A DNA stretch of 61,090 nt, the filler included, from Asterionella formosa (Eukaryota), in assembly GCA_002256025.1 (NCBI GenBank). It is 10 parts of 10 records of this genome, joined end to end, with 100 filler letters (N's around TTAATTAATTAA, not from the genome) between each part and the next. Parts side by side here need not be neighbours in the genome. Positions count along the whole stretch, not along the records: positions 6,133 to 12,155 come from NKIB01012847.1; positions 12,256 to 18,278 come from NKIB01012848.1; positions 18,379 to 24,401 come from NKIB01012849.1; 7 more parts are not named here. One strand, 5' to 3'. The translations under genes and the position numbers were made by a program. This document shows, piece by piece, positions 11,378-22,554 of the stretch; within the stretch, counting starts at the first letter, position 1, and each line of letters opens with the position of its first letter. The notes below the pieces were generated by a model. That model searched no databases, was not told the DNA's origin, and saw only the letters and a program-made list of their open reading frames with translations.

Positions 11378-13141
11378 GGTCCTATTCTTGTCTCGGATCC
11401 GGCTTTTGGTGAGAGATTTCGGGTGTTCGGAAATCAAACTCTACTTTTATTATAAGGCGAGGATCAGACAATGACACAGTTGTTGCACACTGTGACAATA
11501 ATAATTTAGTTGTATACAGTTGAGGTATATCTACGGAAGCATTCTTGAATCAAATTTTAACTTGTCGTTTGCTTTGCTGTGTCGTGGTTCATATAATTTT
11601 CGGATCATCACGTTTCATGCTGTTGACGAATACAGATTCCCGTTGACAACTGGTACCTGCTACCTGGTACCCATAGTAAATAGGCTCCGGCTTGGGAGTG
11701 TACATGTTGGTACCAGGTACATACCGGTATGCATCCTCCACCATGCATCATGCATGATCCAGAGATTCAAAACAAGAGGACAACATGGCACCACTAAAAG
11801 AGCCCGAATTTTAATCTTCCTGCAATGAGATGGCTTGCCTTGATGCAAATAAACATGCCATTGCAGCTAATTAGTCTCTACGCATTTTTCGGATAAAGCC
11901 TAAAAATTTTTGCTTCCTTGAGCCAATGAGCTACATGAACTATTTGGATTCAAGAGGCCAAATGAGGTGTACTGCTATCCCTTGCTTTGTTGCCAGTAAA
12001 CTTCATATCATTAAAGACTGGAAGGGCTTCCATGATACTTGTAATGATATGTTGGATAAGGTGTTCTGAAAGGAATTGACAATGAAACAACAGCAGCAAG
12101 TTGAACCTCACCCTACAGGATATTGCACATGAGCTCCCCCTCGATGGTATTTCACNNNNNNNNNNNNNNNNNNNNNNNNNNNNNNNNNNNNNNNNNNNNT
12201 TAATTAATTAANNNNNNNNNNNNNNNNNNNNNNNNNNNNNNNNNNNNNNNNNNNNTATTTCATATGTTCAGTTTTTGGAATACCGGGTACCGGTACTCGA
12301 TCCTGTAATTGCCCTTCATATAAAACATATTTTGTATATATTATATGCTCCATTTTTGGACTGCCGAACTACCTTCAATATTTTCAATCGCCCCTAGAAT
12401 TGCCTGCCGAAATTGCCTGCCGTTTATTCAATGAAATGGATTACTGATATCTATTGCCCCCTATGGACTACTGTTTACTTAACGAAAATGGACTCCCGAA
12501 ATTGGAAGAGAGTAGGATGAGCTACCAGTATGTAGGCACGAAATGATGGTTTTCTGTAAAGTGTCGACTGCAATTCCACTATTTACATCCCTACTATCTA
12601 TTCCCGCATGCTCCATTGTATACAAACTCTTTTCATTGATGCCTCAAGTAACAATGCTTCATCAAATGGATGTGGCTGGTTGTTGGATAATTCAACTTCT
12701 TATGAGATTCATATTGTCACAGCATAGTGCTTGCTTTGCAACAGTGGCGCCAAAATTTCGGTTCCTCTTTCTGTTCATTTCCGAAAGCCTTTCCGGTTAC
12801 CTCCTTTTCTAGATTTGATATATCGTGATTAATCAATTAATGATTTTTCAAAAGCAATGACATCGATCAGTCATTGCTTAGGTATCATAACTCAAAACGA
12901 TATCTAGGCCTCCATCTCGTCATTGAACCGGTATTTTTGTCAGATACGATCAGTTGTTAAAATTTAACTATAATTCTGTTTTATGTTTTCTACGTGTCCT
13001 GATGTCTTCTGGGTTTAGGTGGTTAAGATGCAGAATCAATGGTAGGTAGTCTATCCAGAGCTAGAAAGAACACAATTTTTGCACAAAAGTTTCCGAAAAT
13101 GCACAAACCGTCAGTCAGGAGAATTCATGACCATTCTTAAA

Positions 13142-13339
13142 ATGCGAATTTTCTAGTCACGTAAAGAACAAGCAGTGTAATACTGAATGTCTGTATGTAT
13201 GGCTATATTGAAGCGCGAAATGACCTACTAATCAAGATTCCATGGATATATGAACCACAACAATTAGTGCATACATAAAATTCACTGCAAAATTGACGTA
13301 GAGGTATTTTCTTGCATTTTGAGATGTTGTGCTCTCTCC
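13142..13339 (+). repeat. Dispersed repeat, copy 1 (probable transposon remnant)
   Basis: Diverged but collinear with 21511-21711 (AAAGAACAAGCAGT, TCAAGATTCCAT, AACCACAACAA, TTGCATTTTGAGATGTTGTGC). Confidence 0.8.
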
Positions 13340-14189
13340 AAGATTTCTATGGGACAGAGTCACAGATCAAATTATTACCAATAAATGATGGAGGAGCATT
13401 GGATTTGAGGGCTGTGCTGGCTGGTGAGAATCTGTCAATTATCAATAAAACATTTGATCTAATTAGATTCCATTTTTTATCTTAAAATTTTAGTCAAACA
13501 ATCATTTTCGATTTTTATTTAGGGCAGGTTTAAAAAAAGATACAAATAATTTTTTAATTTTTAAATTGTATCTTCAGAAAAAATGAGTCTTTACAGAGGT
13601 ACATTTCACAAATATATCTCAGCAACAGCAAAACAATTAGCCGTTTTTTTCGTGTCTATGCAATCATGTGCATCAGACTCAGCATTTCAATTTGTCGCTG
13701 TTAATATTACATGGCATTAAACGCCACAAAGGATAACGACTATTTCCATCGCAACGGCAACACTCATCAGCCTTCCTCAACATGATATACTCCTAGTAGT
13801 ACATTAGAAAATGAGTGCTTCCCTTATCGCAATTGCCTCTTGTATTTTGGCTGGTGTTGATGCTTTTGTTCAATCCATTCGTCCGACATGCAGGGCTTTC
13901 ATCGCCGCAAAAGCAGAAACCATCACTAAACTCTGAATTGCCGACGTTTTTGAAATCTCTGTCGATATGCCTCCCAGTAATTCTGGCTTGCAAGCCAATA
14001 TGAAGTTCAAATCTAAAACAAACACTTTTAATAGAAGAATTACACAAGAGATCCTCCTTCTGAATGCACAGCTATCACTTTCTTGACTGAAACATCCTTT
14101 TGTATTCACAACAATGAACTTTATACCCAATTTTTTCGTTTTGGTTTGCCATGATTGGTTGCCTTTGACAATTCGGATTCTTTGTTTGG

Positions 14190-14500
14190 TGGTACATGTT
14201 TGGACATGTATTGTTTCATTTGATTCCTCATAGTAGGGGTCGTTGCTGCACTAAAATATCCTTCCAAATTGTTTTTGTGACATTGCAAGAACTTCGCGCA
14301 AATTTCTTGGGATCGATTGGACAAATCATAAAACCCCTTATGAAGGATGCTTGGCCTAACAACAGATGCATGTCATTGCCGTCAGGCATGTATAGGACAA
14401 TATATCCCGACTTTTGAGCAGAAACAACAATTGTGGTAAGGGCCGCCAACTGTCCTATTCCTACCCAACCATGAATGTAAATTCAACTAGACTTGTTCTC
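14190..14500 (-). pseudogene. Decayed fragment resembling DAP3 / mitoribosomal mS29
   Basis: In-frame IHGWVGIGQLAALTTIVVSAQKSGYIVLYMPDG, a degenerate Walker A followed by the DAP3-like GxIVLYxPDG segment. After a frameshift it reads NRSQEICAKFLQCHKNNLEG. Recognised from memory only. Confidence 0.5.
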
Positions 14501-15032
14501 TCCAAGATACATGCAAGCACCAGCTTAGATTGTCGGAGAATAATGCGCTTGGCAGTGTTGTGAGCAGATAGTTGCCATTCTTCCACCATATGACCAGTTT
14601 TGTTGGTAATTAAACGAGTTGCAATAATGATAACTGCTGTTGATCCCTCCTCCAAAAAATTGTTTCCGTTGCTGCCGTTAGAGATAAAAAATGTGTCTTT
14701 GTTGATTAATTTAATTACATTACATAAATTAAATTTATAAAATTAATGTTGCTTAACGCTGTATCTGCAGCGATATGCACAGATAAACATTTCGTAGCAA
14801 CAAATAATTTGTTGCTGGAAGCAACATACCACCCGGATGTTGGAGATACAAAAAATTGGGCCGAGCACCACTTTTTATTTCTTATATCTGTTATAAGACC
14901 TGCTCTCACCGGTAGTCGAATAAATTACGATTTTCACTGTACAAAATTAGACTTCAGGACAAAGTGATTTTAGTGTTGACTGACAATGCCAATTCAGATC
15001 CGTCATCCCTTACGCCATCTTCCTTCTACAAC

Positions 15033-15599
15033 ATGAAGTTCCCTCACTGCCTTAATTACCAATTTCTCCTTCTTTGTGGTTTTTCCTTTGAGGCTACCAG
15101 TTGGACCAGCAGTCCAATATATCAAGCAAGGAGATCAGCAGGTCCATGCCAATTCATCGTTGACAATCACCGAGCCCGAGGTAGTTCAACCTCACTGTCG
15201 GGCATGGACTTCGACGATTCTTTGATAGCCAGTGCTCCTGTTGTAGTTGCATTTGCTCTATTGATTGGAGTATCCGCGCAAACCTTCATCAATGCGATGC
15301 TTCAAGGCGACCAAGGCCTAGGAGCCTTTCTGAAGGACGGCCGTGGTTACAAGGGGTCAGGTTTTCGTCCTGGAGACCGACAAACAGAAAACGACCCACT
15401 TCCTTGGTTGTCCCTACCCAAGCTTGATTTTGTGGAAGTTGCAGGACAAGAGAGTGTGACGAAACAGTTGGAACGACTGCGCAAAGACATGACCACGAAG
15501 TTGGAACAAGGGCAGGTCGACGAAGCAATTGTTGTAAGAAACGAATTGGAGGCGTTGATGCGAGCGAACGGCTTTGAATTTACAGCGAATGAATCATAA
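15033..15599 (+). CDS. Hypothetical membrane protein, probably plastid-targeted
   Basis: Signal-peptide-like N-terminus ending EATS-W, Ser/Arg-rich transit-like region, one TM helix, GDQGLGAFLKDGRGY motif and a C-terminal helical hairpin. Confidence 0.7.
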   Translation: MKFPHCLNYQFLLLCGFSFEATSWTSSPIYQARRSAGPCQFIVDNHRARGSSTSLSGMDFDDSLIASAPVVVAFALLIGVSAQTFINAMLQGDQGLGAFLKDGRGYKGSGFRPGDRQTENDPLPWLSLPKLDFVEVAGQESVTKQLERLRKDMTTKLEQGQVDEAIVVRNELEALMRANGFEFTANES

Positions 15600-15764
15600 T
15601 GAACCTTTTAAATATTACAAATTATGCAACTCTGATCAGCTGCGCTTGTTTACGGGCATGTACGCAATAAATGAGCGGTCCAGCCTCGTTCTTCCAATTT
15701 ACAAAAGAAGCTCCCACATTAATCTGACCCACGGCACATTTGCATTCTGCATAGTATTGAATGT

Positions 15765-16702
15765 TCAAACTTGTGATGATTTCACAGAATCCTTCACCAT
15801 ATCAACAAAGTATGCATGCCAGCGGTAATCCTTTGTGAGCTCAGGATGAAACGCAGTACACAGGATGTGCGCACTTCGGCAAGCGCAAATGACTTCTCTA
15901 GCCGTAGATCCGTCGGCAGCCCCAGGTAATTCAATGCGTTCCTCTTCTATCAAGGATTCCTTCTTTTCTTCTCCTTCGACAACAACTTTTCGAGAATCCT
16001 TAAATTGAATACTTCCAGGCCCAGCTCGTATTAAAGCATCAGGAACGCTCATCATGTTAACGTTTTCCCCAGACGCAATTTTCTTTTCCAGTTCGGCAAG
16101 AACAACAGCAGCCTGACTGTGCGGAGTCGCAACGACCTTTCCTAATACCCGAACACCAGGTCCTACTGTCAAAATTGCTGGAGCGCGAATATAAACACCT
16201 GGGTAAGGGCTGCTGTCCCCTCCAGGAGGAGGAGGGGTTGCCATTTCAAACGAAGAGATTTGAGACCCAAAGTAGTTGCGACAAACCAAGGCATCCAAAC
16301 CCCCTATCAATGACTGGCCATTTTCAATCACGGCAGAAGCTCCAACACACTTGTCCGCCAACAGAATCATTCCAGCGCAAGTGCCCCACGTGGGCTTCTC
16401 GGCGGAAAAGGCCTTGAGAGCATCCCACATGTTAATTCCACCACCAGTTCTAGTTCCGATCAAACCCATTGCAGTGGACTCACCGCCTGGCAAAACTATA
16501 CCATCAAGACCGTCCAGTTCTTCTGGAGTTCTGACCTATAAAAACGTCAAATAATTAGTACCACGTGCTGCCATTCACTCGTGCTGACTAATTAGGTTTA
16601 CCATACCTGAACAGTTCGACAGCCTATGGCTTTGAAACATTCTTGGTGTTCTTCGAAGGCGCCTTGGAGTGAAAGGACACCAATTAAAAGATTTTCACCC
16701 AT
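15765..16702 (-). CDS. PDX2: Pyridoxal 5'-phosphate synthase glutaminase subunit
   Basis: Exon 1 16702-16607 (IGVLSLQGAFEEH), intron 16606-16536, exon 2 with PGGEST, GTCAGMILL, RNYFGSQ, YIRAP and FHPEL. Confidence 0.95.
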
Positions 16703-17632
16703 CGCACTGTCTATAGATGGACTGAGTTGAACGAGAGCGACACCTCGTACGTAGCTATGGGCAATGCTTTGTCAACGCAGTCGTTTTTGTCAGCTATCAC
16801 AAGACTTCTGTGTACCGTGATTTTGGTTCCTTGTGATGGGTGGGTGTTTACATTTGGACGACAGAGAATGAAAACAATTGATGGTCTTGATGATGACGAT
16901 GCATGGCTGATAAGCGAGAGCTCCAGCCAACCGTTTGCCGGTATTTTGCTTACTGGTAGGTACCACGTTGTTGTAATCTCGTGGTGCTGGCTCCGCCAGG
17001 AGATACCAGGTACAACGATACACGTGCTTCAGATGGGAAAAGCTTCTTCGCTGCATGTAGGTACCGGTACCTGATACTTTCATTTGATACGACTTCATGC
17101 AAACACCTCGTCAGGTTTCACGAGTGATGACTCATTACCGTCATACCATGGTATACCAGGTAACTGGTACTGTACCGGTAGGCAAACCAAGAGAATGATT
17201 ATAAAATGTCGGTACCTGGTAGTTGCATCTAATACAGTGTGTAGAGTACCTGGTACTAAACCAGTACATAGTTTGTCCGTATGTTTGCCCTTCTGTCATG
17301 AATGATTGAATCGCCGCAGGGATTTACACCGTACATAAAAATCTCTTATATGTACGGCAGCTTGCTCCCCATTTTTTGTGCATCTTTACATCATTTGCAA
17401 CATGATATGTTCATATGATTATCATTTTGCTTCTTCCACCTGAATTATATTAGCGGGTACATACCGGTACATGAATTATTGAAGGTTGCAACATTTGCAT
17501 CATTGCTCATCAATTATTCCAATACATATAGTACTGATACCCCTCGTTCTATTGCCTTTTATCTTTTGCTGTATCAAACTATTACTCCACACCATACTTG
17601 ATACAAAATCAAAGTGTCAGTACTACAATAAA

Positions 17633-18204
17633 ATGATTCTGGAAGAACTCATCGTTGTGTTTGGCGGTGAGCTTGCCAAAGATGTGGCAGAGCAAGTTGT
17701 TGCGAAAAAGCCTCCTGAACTAGCCATCCGTGTGACTATTCGTAATGCATCAGAAAAGCCCCAAAACTTGGTTGCATACGGCCCAACGACATGCATTTGT
17801 TTTGTCATGCAGACTGTGGAGAATGCAGCACCTGCAGAAGATGTAAGTTTTGGAGCAATGGGCGCTGATAAGGATGAGTGGCAATGAATAGAAAACGCAC
17901 TCACTTGTCACTTGTTGCTTAGGCCGGTGTTTGTTTACGCTTCTTTAAAAGGAGGACACACCCTGACACACTTTTAACGGAAAAGTTTTCATTCGCAGTG
18001 TTGGGACTAGGTGACTCAAATTTACTTTTAGATCGACAAACGACCACTGCGAAGGACTGCAATCGATGTGCCCAAGACTTGGATGCTCGACTAGATGCAT
18101 TAGGTGCCAAGCGGCTATATCCTTTGGGGATATCTGACGAGCGGACAGGTCTGCAAGAGGTGGAACCATGGATTGACGGATTATGGGTCAGCATATTAGA
18201 ATGA
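17633..18204 (+). CDS. Stand-alone flavodoxin-fold protein (resembles the FMN domain of diflavin reductases such as methionine synthase reductase)
   Basis: Exon 1 17633-17842, intron 17843-17922 (GTAAGT..TTAG), exon 2 with FAVLGLGDSN, LDARLDALGA and DERTGLQEVEPWI; about 163 aa. Confidence 0.85.
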
Positions 18205-19338
18205 TGAAACAATGAATTCTTAAGGCTAGAAAGTTGCGTTGTGACTGTCCCCTTCGAAGCGATCAGAATGCAACAATGNNNNNNNNNNNNNNNNNNNNNN
18301 NNNNNNNNNNNNNNNNNNNNNNTTAATTAATTAANNNNNNNNNNNNNNNNNNNNNNNNNNNNNNNNNNNNNNNNNNNNGCTGTTTTGAGTACTACGTACA
18401 TATGTAGGGTAAATGACTAGAATATTCATTAAGCACATAAACAATCGGAGCAAATTCTTGCCGCCAACATCAGATAGACCAATATCATCATTGGTCCAAA
18501 GAAATATGGACAATGCGAGTACATGAATACCACGAGAATACAAGCAATAAAACAACAGACTAAATCCAATTGACAATGAACTGCCAATGGCGTCATCAAT
18601 CAATTCATTTCGCTTTAGACTGGGCATGATGGACAATGATGGTATGGTGAAAGGTGAATTTCTGGAGTCATTTTTCATGTGACAAAGAAAAACGATGTGA
18701 AAAATAGATATATTTTAATCAAATCTGTAGATTATATAAAATGGCTTCCTTAAGTAGACCCCTTGCCAATTTCAGCTATCCCAGGGCTGAAAAACCGAGG
18801 GGCAATTGGTATAAATTGTCTTGTCAAAATGCGAATATATGAAATATCCAATATATAATTTGATGATGGGCAATATCAGACCAATCGCATATTTCGATGT
18901 GATGATAGGAAATATCTATAATTTTTTTATATGATGGGCAATGGCACCCTAAAAATGACATTTATGCTTTACTTGTGGGCAGTAGGTAAGTGAATGACAC
19001 AATGATAGTAGCTAGTTTGTGAGTTGCCTTAACAATAACCTACTTGGTGGCTACTTGCCTTCTCGTAGTCATGTGTACTTGGCTGGGATGGCACTCACAG
19101 GATGATCTTCTCATAGTGCTTGGGGTGCCACTCATATGGCCAACCTACTCATGCCACCCAGCCTCAGTGTATACTTGCAGGAAAGAGACCACCTCTGACA
19201 TGTTTTGCCTTCAGCAAAACCCCAGCATAGTACCTCTGGTTTCTTCATATGACTGCTAAAAAATCTGGTCTGGCAGCAAGCAAAGTTGCCTACAACTACA
19301 CTGCATGTTTGTTGCCCCATTAACAAAATGTTTTTAAG

Positions 19339-20793
19339 CTAGTAAATCTCAGTGTCTCTCTCCTCTGGTTGACCTGTATCCTCCTTTTTCTTGCGCTGTC
19401 GTGCCTTATTACGAGTCTTAGCCTTGGCCTTTTTGGAGGCAACCTCAGTAGCTTTGATTGCAGTCTTGGATTGGTTTCCATTCAATAATTCATCAAGCTT
19501 TAATTGGAGTCGTCTCCTAGCAATTTTGCGATTCTGTAATACGGATCGAGTATCATGACACTCAACTCGCAATTGAGTTGGTTTGTGCACCAGCACCACT
19601 TTATTCGAAGTCTTATTAACCTTCTGCCCCCCTGGGCCAGAGCCACGAACAAACGATTCCATCAGCTCGTCTTCTTTGAGCTCTGGGAGCTGATCATCGC
19701 GACGATATTCATTCTTATTTTTGACCTCGAGTCCATGCATAACGGAGGAAATCTCCATTAGAATGACGGGACGATAATTAGAATTAGGAAGGAAGGCCAC
19801 CAGTTCAGAGAAAAGGTCCAGATCACGAACATCAGTGGATGGCACCAGCAAGGAAGGAACTGGGCACACATCACTTCGCGCGTCTCGGAATAGTTGGAGA
19901 ACTGCATTCACATATCTCTCAATGTCATTCTTGTTAGGGAGTGCTTGATACAGTATCAAATCAGAGGAGAGCTCCTTCAGCGAAGCGAAACGATCCTGGC
20001 CCAGAATCAGCTGTATTCGGTTGGACACTTCAACCTGCCTTTGTCGACTGATTTCATCTTCTGAATCTTTTTTCTTCTTCCATTCAACGTAACTTGCCAT
20101 GACTTGAGTTATTGTCTCACCTCTGCCATTCATGGAACCAAAAACCCGGTCCAGTCGTTGTACTCGGTCCCAGACAATTTGTTCTTTGTATTTGATACCG
20201 ACAATTCTGTGTTCTGGAATAGCCATGGCTAGAAATTTTTCTTTTCCCGAAACCGAATTGTTTGGCGCGTCCATGGGAGACTCCATTACCTTGTCTTCAA
20301 CTCGATCGTAGTGCAAGACAGAAAAATCAGTTTTTGTGAGGGCACTGTCCCATTGTATTCGTCGCAAAATCTCAACAGCAGGCACCAGCTTAGTTTCCTT
20401 TTCTGAGTATGTGAAATTTTCTAGACCGGCAAACAATCTCAAATAAGCTGAACTGTTTACATCCTTAAGCTTGGCAAGTCTAGCGTCGACGCCTCGCAGG
20501 CCTCTGCCCAACGTTGAGGCTAGCGTCGCAATCGGTAGCTTTCGATTGTCGAATAGGTACCGATCCTGTTCCACCGTCCACGATTGATACAGATTTTCCA
20601 TGGGTACATTGGCACCTTTGTCCGAATATAACCGTGTCCGTCTGGGTACAGCCTTATTGGCGTTTGTTCCATGGTGAAAATGAAAATAACAGTATTTCGT
20701 GAAGGCTCCGACAAATGTGCGCCTCCCGGACAAAGAGACCGATAATATCATAATGCAATAGCCAGCTGAGAAGCAAAGAACGCTAGTCTTCAT
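19339..20793 (-). CDS. Fusion of MJ1316/DUF504 domain and GGQ peptidyl-tRNA hydrolase (C12orf65/mtRF-R-like), with an organelle presequence
   Basis: MJ1316-like ILRRIQWD..HYDRV..IPEHRI..IVWDR..RLD. C-terminal FVRGSGPGGQKVNKTSNKVVLVHKPT..ECHDTRS..QNRKIAR followed by a Lys/Arg-rich tail. Single 484-aa ORF. Confidence 0.85.
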   Translation of the reverse strand: MKTSVLCFSAGYCIMILSVSLSGRRTFVGAFTKYCYFHFHHGTNANKAVPRRTRLYSDKGANVPMENLYQSWTVEQDRYLFDNRKLPIATLASTLGRGLRGVDARLAKLKDVNSSAYLRLFAGLENFTYSEKETKLVPAVEILRRIQWDSALTKTDFSVLHYDRVEDKVMESPMDAPNNSVSGKEKFLAMAIPEHRIVGIKYKEQIVWDRVQRLDRVFGSMNGRGETITQVMASYVEWKKKKDSEDEISRQRQVEVSNRIQLILGQDRFASLKELSSDLILYQALPNKNDIERYVNAVLQLFRDARSDVCPVPSLLVPSTDVRDLDLFSELVAFLPNSNYRPVILMEISSVMHGLEVKNKNEYRRDDQLPELKEDELMESFVRGSGPGGQKVNKTSNKVVLVHKPTQLRVECHDTRSVLQNRKIARRRLQLKLDELLNGNQSKTAIKATEVASKKAKAKTRNKARQRKKKEDTGQPEERDTEIY

Positions 20794-21510
20794 AACAAAA
20801 CGAAGGTATTAAGTTGATGTACATAAAGCAAAGCGGCAGAAAATGACCGCCATGGTCGAATCAAGAATCCATCATCAAAAGAACAGCGAGCGAAGAAAAG
20901 GGACGAAGAACGTCTGATGAGCGATGCATGTGGTTACCAGTGTTAAAAAGGTCCGTATTCCTTCCCGGGAAGGTCCGGCCTCGANNNNNNNNNNNNNNNN
21001 NNNNNNNNNNNNNNNNNNNNNNNNNNNNNNNNNNNNNNNNNNNNNNNNNNNNNNNNNNNNNNNNNNNNNNNNNNNNNNNNNNNNNNNNNNNNNNNNNNNN
21101 NNNNNNNNNNNNNNNNNNNNNNNNNNNNNNNNNNNNNNNNNNNNNNNNNNNNNNNNNNNNNNNNNNNNNNNNNNNNNNNNNNNNNNNNNNNNNNNNNNNN
21201 NNNNNNNNNNNNNNNNNNNNNNNNNNNNNNNNNNNNNNNNNNNNNNNNNNNNNNNNNNNNNNNNNNNNNNNNNNNNNNNNNNNNNNNNNNNNNNNNNNNN
21301 NNNNNNNNNNNNNNNNNNNNNNNNNNNNNNNNNNNNNNNNNNNNNNNNNNNNNNNNNNNNNNNNNNNNNNNNNNNNNNNNNNNNNNNNNNNNNNNNNNNN
21401 NNNNNNNNNNNNNNNNNNNNNNNNNNNNNNNNNNNNNNNNNNNNNNNNNNNNNNNNNNNNNNNNNNNNNNNNNNNNNNNNNNNNNNNNNNATTTAGCGTT
21501 TGTTGATGCG

Positions 21511-21711
21511 ATGCGAAATTTCTAGTTCCCAAAAGAACAAGCAGTCGTGTTGTTCATGTCTATATGTAGTATGTCCTTTATCTTATACTGCAAATGACCT
21601 TCTCAAGATTCCATAGAAATATTAACCACAACAACTAGTGTGTACATGAAACTTGGTACATTTTTTGTCGTTGAGGGATTGAATTGCATTTTGAGATGTT
21701 GTGCCCTCTCC
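21511..21711 (+). repeat. Dispersed repeat, copy 2
   Basis: Collinear with 13142-13339. Confidence 0.8.
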
Positions 21712-22554
21712 GAGAATACTGTCCCTCAGGTTTTCTCGTCTATTTCTACAAAACATAGAAAACCTCATCTGTCAAAGTTATCAAACTAGGCATCATGAAC
21801 TCAAAACTGTCGCTACCTTGGTCATATCTTAAAAACTGAGCAAACGACGACGAAAACAAATTCTAGCAGCAATTTCTAATCTTGTTGTCAAACAAAGTAA
21901 GTCCAATAAATTTTATTACTATTGAACGATTTTTTCTTCTACACTATTCTAAATATACTTGCGAAATAGAAATTGTTCACTGTGGTCTTCATTGTGATAT
22001 TTCGTCATGATGGTCAAGGTGGACTTGCTATCTCATCATCCCCATACTAGCTACCACAGTACAAAATCAGATGTACGTACTGGTAGTTAGTCTTGTATGT
22101 ATGCCAAATAGATACAATTATCCGGTGTATATTAGCATGATTTGAACTGGTACCAGTAGTCCTAGTACGTATGGACATGTATGAAACCATGCAAAGGGTG
22201 ACATGTGCTGAGAATTGTCTAAGTATATTTATAGCATTTAGGTATGACATGCATCCTAATGCAGCAAGTGCCAGTATGTCATGACAAAGCTATAGTATTT
22301 AGGTATGACGTTATAATGCAGCAAGGTACCCCCAGTAAATCATGAAACCGAACTCCCGTTTTGCTGTCAATTTCAATGATGATACAAAAATTGTTTATAA
22401 TTTTCGATAATCGTTTTACTAAACAAAAAGAGTCTTTTAGAATTTTGTTAGGAAAATTTTCTATCATTGATAGCAGCAATTATTGATTTTTTAGATATTT
22501 AGTCAAAAAGGGTTGTCCCAAGTTCCCCGGACTAACTCATCATGCATTTTCAGA

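Noticed and set aside
20861..21532. Long ORFs spanning N gaps (also around 9146-9675, 51700-52407 and 59240-60024)
   Set aside because: Their length is an artefact of translating N as X.
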